64,000 bases of DNA from Epithemia pelagica (lineage: Eukaryota; Protista; Bacillariophyta). Below are positions 35,589-44,559 of the stretch, in pieces (position 1 is the first letter of the stretch; each line of letters opens with the position of its first letter). Both the position numbers and the translations under genes were made by a program. Where the stretch lies: NCBI GenBank assembly GCA_946965045.2, contig OX337240.1, forward strand, positions 2,976,001-3,040,000, written 5' to 3'. The notes under the pieces are model-generated. The model did no database searches, was not told where the DNA came from, and saw only the letters and a program-made list of their open reading frames with translations.

Positions 35589-36464
35589 ATGGAAGACTCG
35601 TCTTGGTTGAATACTGTTGCAATATGGAATCTCATCTCGAATACAAGATTTGATGTTGAAACTTCGTTTTGTCTTCGTAGCAGCGATAGGAATGTTGTTC
35701 TCACTGAAGATGTTGCAGCGGCAGCCGAAGGAATCAAAAACGAATTCAAGGATCTTGTAGACAAGATTATTAATCACGAGGGACGACTTGATGTGATTTC
35801 CATTATGAATGGTAATCAAGAGGGATATACAGAAGAGCACCAGTGTCAGATGGGCACATGGGCAGACAGACCGGAATTCCTTGACGGACCCTTCATCTGG
35901 AAACAAAACTTCCTCGAGACATGTCTTGTTTGCGGTAAATTCACCTGTAATCAACGGGCAACAATATACACATGCAAACATTGTTTCCGTCCTTTACAAG
36001 TACCTGGGTCGTCTTCATCTTGTGATACCACTTGTGCAAAGACTCCCTGTACTTCATCCATGAACATGTCCTTCGTATGGGAGTTCTGTATGACTTTAAG
36101 AGAGGCATTCCAAGCGTGGTTAGACTTTCACAAGTTTGGAAAAAACAGAAAGATTCCCTTTTTTGAATATATCCCAGCCGAAACTTGTGGCATCTTGACA
36201 AAAACGGTCGGTAAAGTATGGAGAGAAAAATTGGAGCCTTATTACGACGAGGATACCAAGTGGCGTAGTCCATCTCATTTCATTCACACCGAGAAACAAT
36301 GGGCATTGTGGCTGATTTCTTCACCACCTGGTTGCTCTTTTCGCAACTATATGCCTATTTTTACTGCATGTTATCACATAACACAGGAAAATCCAAAGAA
36401 ACACGCTGCTGGTGTACCACACCAGAGTGCTCGTAAGAAACAAAAGACGTGGAATGCTCCTTGA
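35589..36464 (+). CDS. Cys-rich hypothetical cargo protein 2 (paralogue of 31004-32275)
   Basis: CLVC, CKHC; WEFCMTLR and WALWLISS...FRNYM align with WRFCMIVR and WTKWLVST...FFNYM. Confidence 0.7.
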   Translation: MEDSSWLNTVAIWNLISNTRFDVETSFCLRSSDRNVVLTEDVAAAAEGIKNEFKDLVDKIINHEGRLDVISIMNGNQEGYTEEHQCQMGTWADRPEFLDGPFIWKQNFLETCLVCGKFTCNQRATIYTCKHCFRPLQVPGSSSSCDTTCAKTPCTSSMNMSFVWEFCMTLREAFQAWLDFHKFGKNRKIPFFEYIPAETCGILTKTVGKVWREKLEPYYDEDTKWRSPSHFIHTEKQWALWLISSPPGCSFRNYMPIFTACYHITQENPKKHAAGVPHQSARKKQKTWNAP

Positions 36465-36503
36465 ATTTGTTTTTCCTTGGTGATGAATGCATCCAGAAAG
36501 AAT

Positions 36504-38492
36504 TTATAATGTTCCGCTACGAATGCCTTGAACCGTTTTGGTTATACCATGATCCTCTCTTGTTTCGTTGACAGTTGCATTCATAGACCTGGAACTTACT
36601 GCCCAAAACCAACTAATAGTGTCGTTCTTCATGTTCCCATCTGTATGTTGTCTTTGTGTGTGTATTGACGTTCCATGCCGGATCACACGTCCATCCCATA
36701 GAACCGAAACCCCATGAAATAGTTGTATGCAAAGACCATGGTATGTAGTACCATCATACTCCACAAGAATATTCAGCAAAACAAAGAACCAATTTTGGGA
36801 GTCACCTGGGATTGTCTCTGTCCAGATTGCGAATGAAACAGAACCATCGTGAACATCATAGTGTGTCGTGTTCATGAGGTTCAAACTCAGGGTAATGGCT
36901 GAGGTCATACCTCCGACTCTTCCTCCGAATTCACTAGGCATTTCTTCGCCAGCTGAATCTTCTAGATACCGGAATGTTGGAATCACCCCAGGATATTCGC
37001 GTTCACAGAACCTTTTTGCCGCTGTACTTATTTTCGGCAGTATCATCGATAATGTCTTGTCCTTTGTAAATAATTTCTCGGAAACGAAAGTAGAACCGTT
37101 TCCTCTTGCCGCAGTATTACCAACAGTAGTCATAGATCCTAAGTCTCCCTTATTACATCTGGCATTGGCCGCCTTTCTCAGAGACCCAGTACGTGTAAAT
37201 TCCCTTGCTCTGTGGTGTAATAGGTCCAACAATGTCTGGTCTTTCCGTAACAGGGATGTCACTCGAATGTAACTAAGTGACTCTGGTCTCCCATCATTTC
37301 GGCGTGTCCGAACAATGAAAGTAATGTTTCCCCGAATACGATGGTCGTATACCAGTGGCCTTGGGTGTGTACCGGACGACATTTGCAACCATAGGTTTCG
37401 ATGCAAAGCACCACTAACATATCTCCGACTCCCTTTCTTATCTGAGTCATTCCTGTTTATAATCAGCCTTGTTCGATATTGTTCCCGTGACATGTGATGT
37501 GTCATCGACTGTTTATTCCCTGGCTTTTCGATCTTTCCCTTGTCATCGAGGTACACGTCAGGAGGTAAAAGTGGGCTCCCATCCTCCACATCGGACCATT
37601 GGTAACATTCCTTCACAGTTTTGTCATTATTAGTAAGATGTTCACCCCAATCTAGACTCCAACAACGATGAATTTTTTTCAAGAATGCATTACTTGCAGG
37701 TTGGCCATCTTTGTGTCGCAGACGTAACCAAGACAACGGTAGTGGGACTGATGACGATGTGATGTTGGACGACCTTGATAGTTCTTGAAATTGACGCACA
37801 CATGTATAAAAAACCCCAGCCAAAGGGAAGAGGATAATGATATCTCTGAAGAGGTGATCATTTTGGTCAAGACATAAATTTTTGTTAGTCCGAATCATCA
37901 TGACAGGATCTTCGAATATAGAGGACGACACATGTGTTGTCTTTTTCCTGATTTCTCTATATCTTGTCCTCGACAAGGTACATTCCAATATGAATGCATT
38001 GTGGATCGTTTTAGTTACAAGACCCACCGGGATTTGAGTTACAATCATAGGACAACATTCTGGTATAATGTTCGAATGACTGACAACGTCATCTCTTGTC
38101 TCCACAACATCATCCATAGCCTTGTTGTATATTTCTGGGATACGTGCAAAGACACTCGGGATATCTTTCATATCGACCTTCCGTTGTATCATCTCTTTTT
38201 CGAACGACAAACCAAAACAATCTTGATCGTCGTAACTTCCAAAGCAACGCTGCAGTAGATGCGATAGCATCCTTATTCGATCGATGTCCTTGTCCAAGAC
38301 AAAATAGCACATTCTTTCGTGTGCACTTTCGTTCCGATGCGACATGGCGACTACTGTTTCACTTATACGTTGCGTTTTCTTCTTTTCGTACTTGGCATAG
38401 GTTTCCTGTGTACATGTGAGTCTCGAAATCGTCTGATCCGATGCCATATCTTCGAAAGTGGGACGAATATGTTTCTTCTTTATGGATGTCAC
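36504..38492 (-). CDS. TET/JBP-like Fe(II)-dependent dioxygenase (putative nucleic-acid base modifier)
   Basis: C-terminal DSBH-like region: NTTHYDVHD (HxD, 36855-36863)...IQLFHGVSVLWDG...IRHGTS (distal His, 36675-36677). Confidence 0.7.
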   Translation of the reverse strand: MTSIKKKHIRPTFEDMASDQTISRLTCTQETYAKYEKKKTQRISETVVAMSHRNESAHERMCYFVLDKDIDRIRMLSHLLQRCFGSYDDQDCFGLSFEKEMIQRKVDMKDIPSVFARIPEIYNKAMDDVVETRDDVVSHSNIIPECCPMIVTQIPVGLVTKTIHNAFILECTLSRTRYREIRKKTTHVSSSIFEDPVMMIRTNKNLCLDQNDHLFRDIIILFPLAGVFYTCVRQFQELSRSSNITSSSVPLPLSWLRLRHKDGQPASNAFLKKIHRCWSLDWGEHLTNNDKTVKECYQWSDVEDGSPLLPPDVYLDDKGKIEKPGNKQSMTHHMSREQYRTRLIINRNDSDKKGSRRYVSGALHRNLWLQMSSGTHPRPLVYDHRIRGNITFIVRTRRNDGRPESLSYIRVTSLLRKDQTLLDLLHHRAREFTRTGSLRKAANARCNKGDLGSMTTVGNTAARGNGSTFVSEKLFTKDKTLSMILPKISTAAKRFCEREYPGVIPTFRYLEDSAGEEMPSEFGGRVGGMTSAITLSLNLMNTTHYDVHDGSVSFAIWTETIPGDSQNWFFVLLNILVEYDGTTYHGLCIQLFHGVSVLWDGRVIRHGTSIHTQRQHTDGNMKNDTISWFWAVSSRSMNATVNETREDHGITKTVQGIRSGTL

Positions 38493-38680
38493 CTCCGCTC
38501 TAGGATGTGTGCTTGTCGTTTCCGAACTTCTTGTAGTACAAAGACATAGTTAGTACGCGGATAGAAATGCCAAATACCTGAAACTAGAATGTCTCTTCTT
38601 TTGATCGAGAGTACTAATAATATAGATCAGACTTGCCTTTTCGCTTCTGTGTTACTGATCGTGACAGTAGAAGATTCAGT

Positions 38681-41536
38681 TCAGTCTCTCCTATTCTTCT
38701 CCTTTTGTTGTTTTTTACTCATGAAACGGAGAGTTTCCAACGGTACACGACCCCATGCTGTCTCTGGAAATACAGGGACCGGTCTGTAGAGACCACGATG
38801 TTCCTCTTTTGACACGCCAACTTCTTCAACTGAACCATCATGTGCATTGGTGTACGTAATCGAAGCAATATCTCCGTTGCACAAAGGGCAACTCTCGTTC
38901 ATTTCAGGAGGTGTCGATTTCTGTTTCCCCATAGGAACTTGTTTTTCGGTGGTAAGGACATGACCAAGACACACCCGACAAAACTTGTGCCCGCATCTCT
39001 CGATCCGACAGTCGTTAGGACGCTGTCCATGGCATATGGCACAATATTGTTCGGAGTCTTCATCATATTCGTCTAGGACGATTGTCTTGTCTTTCTTCGC
39101 GATTAATTCTGTCTCATGTAGATCGTGTGGTATTATCTCAGCATGCATATGACCGCATATGGAACAAAATCGATTCTTCACCGAATTCCGGATGAAAGTA
39201 CATGTTGGACAATGATAATGAGGACAGTTGGAGGTTTCTTGCCTTGTCCAACTCACGATAGAAGAGGTCCGACTTCTATCTAGATCCTTTTTAAGCAATG
39301 AAGTCCCACAAGTGGAACAGAGTGCCTCTTTCTGATCTTCATCGTTCAATGTTCGTACCAGATCCAAAAATCGCCGATCTTCGTGAAGTCGTTCGAGCGC
39401 CTTGTCCGCTTCTGTAATCTCTTGTATCACTTTAATGTCCTCGAATCGTTCATCGTCGGAATCCAGCATATCTTCCATTACCTCCCCTCGATCTTTCCCT
39501 TCCATTATAAACCGGCGACTGCGTTTGATCCTTGGACGATTATCGTCATTAACGTCCTTGAAACATACACGCAGAGTCGAATCACGTTTCGCTTTATTGA
39601 TAGCCGTACTCACGATATGATTGCAGGCCTTGTGACATTCTCGCCTACACGATGGCAATTCTTGAGCCCATTTCCCCATCATCTGATCACAGGACATATT
39701 AGGGGACGCCTTTGACAGGATCTCGTCGATCACACATATGATTGATACTTGGGGAAGCGTACACGCACTTGGTGCCACCGGATTCGGATACTTCTTATAA
39801 ATGAATCTCCAGTCACATCCAACGAGCTCTTCCTTTATATCAACGCTCAAGAATGATTGGATTTTCTTTTCGTCGTCCAATAGCCTTAGTTTCCGTAGAC
39901 ATCGAATCACTGTAGGCCTCCACGAGCGAATATCCCTTGTCGATAATGGATCGAATATCAACACTTCTCTTTGGTGTGCTTGTAAGAGGAATAAGACGGG
40001 ATCAAAAGCTTCATACTTGGTAGTGACGACGACCAATGTAGTATCGGAAGATGACGAACTCAAATCCATTGCAGTCGTTGTGTCCATTCTCAGACTATCT
40101 TCGTCGATTTGCTCAAAGCAAACGGACTTGTTGTGCCATTTATGAACCACCAGCACAAGCATCGACCTGAATATGAGGGGAGGGATCCCCTTAAACTCAG
40201 TCGTCTCTTGAGTATTCGTCCGTAGCAAAAGGTTTCGTCTGTACTGGCGATGTGGGACAAAAAGGACGTCCATTTTCCCATTGTCATGTTGTAGAGAACC
40301 ATTCTTGTTGGTACAGCAAGCACAGGTAAAGACAAATCGTAAAACAACTTCATGGATGCTTCCCTTACGTCTAACGGCACTTTCTTTACAGAGATCCCAA
40401 GCTTCATTGATCGCTGACATCGACTGTTTGAGGGACCAGTTAGCCATATGAATCAAACGGTCGTTAGTGAAAGATGCAAGGTCGTCTGATGGACCAGGTT
40501 TATTCTTGAGAGGAGGTGGTTTCTTTGGTATTCCTTTAGGTTTGTCGCTACCGTGGTCAACATGTGATTTACTTTCCAACAGACCCACCTTTGATTGAGA
40601 GGAAGATTTTTTTGTCGTCGCTTGTTTTCCTTTTTGTGGTTTCTTTTTCAATGCAAGAGTATCAAAAATGGAACTCCGATCCTCCTCAGTCCCTGACAGA
40701 GACTGAGATGGTGATTTGCTCTCGTTATTTGAAACAGTGAAAATGGTAGAACTTGTTGCACCATCACATCTACTGTCTGACGCTCGTTTACGGCGTTTCC
40801 TGTCTTGAGATCGTTGTTCATGTCGCCCCTTCTGATACTCCTTCGTCTTTGTAGCGTATTCCCGTTCCATTGTCTGGTAATATGAAATTAGAACCGCCAA
40901 ATTGGAATAGTCGTTCGCGGGATACTTAGCAGCTCTTGGTATGTCAAAATAAGGACGAAACCAGCAATCAGGAAGTGTAAGGGCTAATGCTTTTTCAACA
41001 TCGACTCCTTCCATTTCATAGGAGTCAGATTCCAATACCCGATAGACAGCTGCCATATGTTGAACGCTCCAAACCATTTCTCGGACTGCTATTGTTCTGT
41101 CTTTCCAAAACTTCGATCTATCAGACGTCATGTAGTCCAATATTTTTGCAGCCACGACATTAAGCCGTCTCTCCATCGAATACGAGTTGAGGACAATATC
41201 AGCGAGCATAGGATGGGCTCCAAGAAACACCTTGAGGGATCGAGTAAAGCTTGCGCTCGACTTTGATCTTGTCGTTGACGGGAATTCCTTGTCCCACAGA
41301 CGAAGTGCGTCTCCATATAGAGTTTGTTCGAATAGGTCGATTTCTGGTGAAATAAAACTACCAGCTCCGTCACTCTTGTTTCCCTCTTGTTGTTCTTCAA
41401 TCGTCTCTACAAGTCTCAGTATCTTCGGGAAACAAACAGCAGCATGCGAGGCGATATCACTGAAAATACTTGATCCACAGCGCAAGAGGGATACGAATAT
41501 GGTTTCACCTCTTATGTAGTGGAGAAATCTGTCCAA
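38681..41536 (-). CDS. Large cargo protein with two C-terminal RING-like fingers
   Basis: CSTC...CPHYHCPTC...CSICG and CAIC...CGHKFCRVC...CPLC; basic/Ser-rich linker. Confidence 0.75.
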   Translation of the reverse strand: MDRFLHYIRGETIFVSLLRCGSSIFSDIASHAAVCFPKILRLVETIEEQQEGNKSDGAGSFISPEIDLFEQTLYGDALRLWDKEFPSTTRSKSSASFTRSLKVFLGAHPMLADIVLNSYSMERRLNVVAAKILDYMTSDRSKFWKDRTIAVREMVWSVQHMAAVYRVLESDSYEMEGVDVEKALALTLPDCWFRPYFDIPRAAKYPANDYSNLAVLISYYQTMEREYATKTKEYQKGRHEQRSQDRKRRKRASDSRCDGATSSTIFTVSNNESKSPSQSLSGTEEDRSSIFDTLALKKKPQKGKQATTKKSSSQSKVGLLESKSHVDHGSDKPKGIPKKPPPLKNKPGPSDDLASFTNDRLIHMANWSLKQSMSAINEAWDLCKESAVRRKGSIHEVVLRFVFTCACCTNKNGSLQHDNGKMDVLFVPHRQYRRNLLLRTNTQETTEFKGIPPLIFRSMLVLVVHKWHNKSVCFEQIDEDSLRMDTTTAMDLSSSSSDTTLVVVTTKYEAFDPVLFLLQAHQREVLIFDPLSTRDIRSWRPTVIRCLRKLRLLDDEKKIQSFLSVDIKEELVGCDWRFIYKKYPNPVAPSACTLPQVSIICVIDEILSKASPNMSCDQMMGKWAQELPSCRRECHKACNHIVSTAINKAKRDSTLRVCFKDVNDDNRPRIKRSRRFIMEGKDRGEVMEDMLDSDDERFEDIKVIQEITEADKALERLHEDRRFLDLVRTLNDEDQKEALCSTCGTSLLKKDLDRSRTSSIVSWTRQETSNCPHYHCPTCTFIRNSVKNRFCSICGHMHAEIIPHDLHETELIAKKDKTIVLDEYDEDSEQYCAICHGQRPNDCRIERCGHKFCRVCLGHVLTTEKQVPMGKQKSTPPEMNESCPLCNGDIASITYTNAHDGSVEEVGVSKEEHRGLYRPVPVFPETAWGRVPLETLRFMSKKQQKEKNRRD

Positions 41537-41759
41537 TTATCAGTGTTGGAATAAACAGAACGATACCACTCGATTGTATATTCATAACATATCAAGTCTG
41601 GGAAATATCGATCGGAATCTTCTACCGAATCAGCCATATTAACGTGCGATTCAATCAGCTTGAGGAAGAAACGAGGAGAAATTTTCTTTCGATGCAGGGT
41701 TCCGATGCAACTTGATACTACCGTTTCTCAAGCTTGCGTGATGGAAACCCTGGAGGGTC

Positions 41760-43170
41760 TTGGTCGATAGGGATGGAGGAGTGAGGGATATGGGTGTACC
41801 AACTTGATGTCTCGGTCCTTCCAGTCAAGAATCAGTAGCAAATACAACAATCCAATAGGGTCTTGGTCGATAGAGATAGAAGATAGAAGTATGGGGGCAC
41901 AACAACTTGGTGTCTCGGCCCTTCAACAGAACCACCAATCAAGATATAGCAATCCAATGGGGTCTTCTTGGTCGATGTAGATGAAGGAGGGATGGAGAGG
42001 GGTGCACCAACTTGGTGTCTCGGCCCTTGTTCCAATAGGGAAGGAGTAGCAACACAGCAATCCAACAAGGTCTTGGTCGATGGTGATGGAGGAGTGAAAA
42101 TTGGGTGCACCAACTTGGTGTCTTGATCCTTGTTCCAATCGAGAAGGAGTAGCAACACAGCAATCCAACAGGGTCTTGGTCGATGGAAATGGAGGGGTGA
42201 AGGAAATGGGTGCACCAACTTGGTGTCTCGGCCCTTATTTCAATCGGGAAGGAGTAGTAACACGGCAATCCAACACGGTCTTGGTCGATGGAGATGGAGG
42301 GGTGAAGGAAATGGGTGCACCAACTTGGTGTCTCAGCCCTTGTTCCAATCGGGAAGGAGTAGCAACACGGCAATCCAACACGGTCTTGGTCGATGGAGAT
42401 GGAGGGGTGAAGGAAATGGGTGCACCAACTTGGTGTCTCAGCCCTTGTTCCAATCGGGAAGGAGTAGCAACACAGCAATCCAACGGGGTCTTGGTCGATG
42501 GAAATGGAGGGGTGAAGGAAATGGGTGCACCAACTTGGTGTCTCAGCCCTTGTTCCAATCAAGAAGGAGTAGCAACACAGCAATCCAACGGGGTCTTGGT
42601 CGATGGAAATGGAGGGGTGAAGGAAATGGGTGCACCAACTTGGTGTCTCAGCCCTTGTTCCAATCGGGAAGGAGTAGCAACACAGCAATCCAATAGGGTC
42701 TTGGTTGATGGAAATGGAGGGGTGAGGGAAATGGGTGCACCAACTTGGTGTCTCGGCCCTTGTTCCAATTGAGAAGGAGTAGCAACACAGCAATCCAACA
42801 GGGTCTTGGTCGATGGAGATGGAGGGGTGAAGGAAGAGGGTGCACCAACTTGGTGTCTCAGCCCTTGTTCCAATCGGGAATGAGTAGCAACACAGCAATC
42901 CAACAGGGTCTTGGTTGATGGAAATGGAGGGGTGAAGGAAATGGGTGCACCAACTTGGTGTCTTGGCCCTTGTTCCAATCAAGAAGGAGTAGCAACACAG
43001 CAATCCAACAGGGTCTTGGTCGATGGAAATGGAGGGGTGAAGGAAATGGGTGCACCAACTTGGTGTCTCAGCCCTTGTTCCAATCAAGAAGGAGTAGCAA
43101 CACAGCAATCCAACGGGGTCTTGGTCGATGGAAATGGAGGGGTGAAGGAAATGGGTGCACCAACTTGGTG
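41760..43170. repeat. 105-bp tandem array, about 14 units
   Basis: TGCACCAACTTGGTGTCT recurs at 42211, 42316, 42421 ... 43156; degenerate units from about 41790. Confidence 0.97.
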
Positions 43171-43172
43171 TC

Positions 43173-43908
43173 TTTTGCCCTTTGTTCAATAGAATCCTCA
43201 CCAATCCGACCGTTCAGATCGTTGAAAATGGTCTTCTGGGATAATAGGAGGGAAGAAGCAGCGGCAATCCAGCAATCCAACCAGTTTTGGTCGATGGAAA
43301 TTGATGGGAGAATGAAATGGGTGCACCAACTTGGTGTCTTCGCCCTTTTTCAAACAGAACCACCAATCCAGTCGTTCAGAGCGTTGAAAATTGTCTTGTG
43401 GGATGATAGGAGGGAAGAAATAGTTGCCAAACAGCGATCACATGGTTGGGTTTTCATGGAAACAGAAGAAAATGATTAGTGGGCATATAGGAAAACGACA
43501 AAACGAACTCTCACTGTTGTCTTGTCGACTTGGCTTACCTTTTTGCCCTTTGTTCAATAGAATCCTCACCAATCCGACCGTTCAGATCGTTGAAAATGGT
43601 CTTCTGGGATAATAGGAGGGAAGAAGCAGCGGCAATCCAGCAATCCAACCAGTTTTGGTCGATGGAAATTGATGGGAGAATGAAATGGGTGCACCAACTT
43701 GGTGTCTTCGCCCTTTTTCAAACAGAACCACCAATCCAGTCGTTCAGAGCGTTGAAAATTGTCTTGTGGGATGATAGGAGGGAAGAAATAGTTGCCAAAC
43801 AGCGATCACATGGTTGGGTTTTCATGGAAACAGAAGAAAATGATTAGTGGGCATATAGGAAAACGACAAAACGAACTCTCACTGTTGTCTTGTCGACTTG
43901 GCTTACCT
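43173..43908. repeat. Exact 368-bp tandem duplication
   Basis: 43173-43540 matches 43541-43908 by eye. Confidence 0.9.
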
Positions 43909-43964
43909 AGCACCTTTCCAATTTGAAAAAGGAAATGATTCTCTTTGTGTTCGCCTGTTTGTTG

Positions 43965-44030
43965 TAGCTGTTGTTGTTGTTGTTGCTGTTGTGTTGTTGT
44001 TGTTGTTGTTGTTGTTGTTGCTGCTGCTGT
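43965..44030. repeat. (GTT)n/(GCT)n microsatellite
   Basis: Runs of TGT/TGC triplets. Confidence 0.9.
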
Positions 44031-44328
44031 GTGTTTTTTGGGGCGTTGGGGGTTGGTGTGAGTTGGATGAGGCACTCTATGACACTATCGTCAAAAAGTG
44101 ATCACAAAAGTGGGAGAGTATATCTTTTGTGTGGTTGTTGTGTGAGGAAAATCTAATTTTCAGCGTTCTTCTGTGATTTTGTGTCCATTGTTCTTCGTAT
44201 GTCACTGTGACGTGATTTGGTGGTGGAGGAGAAATTTGTGGGTCGCTTTTGGAGTTTACGTGCGACTGGAATACTAGGTGTTATATGTGTAGCTAGTAGC
44301 TAGGTATCTAGGCAAAGGTTAGGCTCTG

Positions 44329-44512
44329 TGCACGCGATTCCACATACAATAAACATGCTCACGCGGGTGTCAACACGTTTCACGCGTTGTCTACACGTTT
44401 CACGCGCATTCACGCGCAATCTGGAGCGCCACGCGCTTCGTACGCGCCAAATGCGCGTGATCCGTGTTCTGGGGGTGCTGCACGCGCCTATTGGGCGTGT
44501 GTCACGCGCCTG
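44329..44512. repeat. Subterminal CACGCG motif cluster of the giant element
   Basis: About 9 CACGCG/CGCGTG motifs in about 180 bp; also TCACGCGCC at about 23089 near the left TIR. Confidence 0.8.
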
Positions 44513-44559
44513 TTGGTGGAATTCCAGTCACTTATCTTCAAAAAACCTCCTTAGACGTA

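Larger units (their letters stand above)
23074..44557. mobile_element. Giant (21,484 bp) Plavaka/CMC-like DNA transposon with cargo genes
   Basis: TIR CGTCTAAGG at 23074-23082 and CCTTAGACG at 44549-44557; TA duplicated at 23072-23073 and 44558-44559; removing it restores copia frame GDV-N-EAIPP; encodes a large transposase. Confidence 0.9.

Noticed and set aside
39800-40100. Active Ulp1/SUMO protease domain in the RING protein
   Set aside because: No convincing His-Asp-Cys triad or QxNxxDCG motif
41939-43204. 421-aa repeat ORF as a real protein
   Set aside because: Openness follows from a stop-free 105-bp unit, several frames on both strands are open, and there is no unique domain; kept only as a repeat finding
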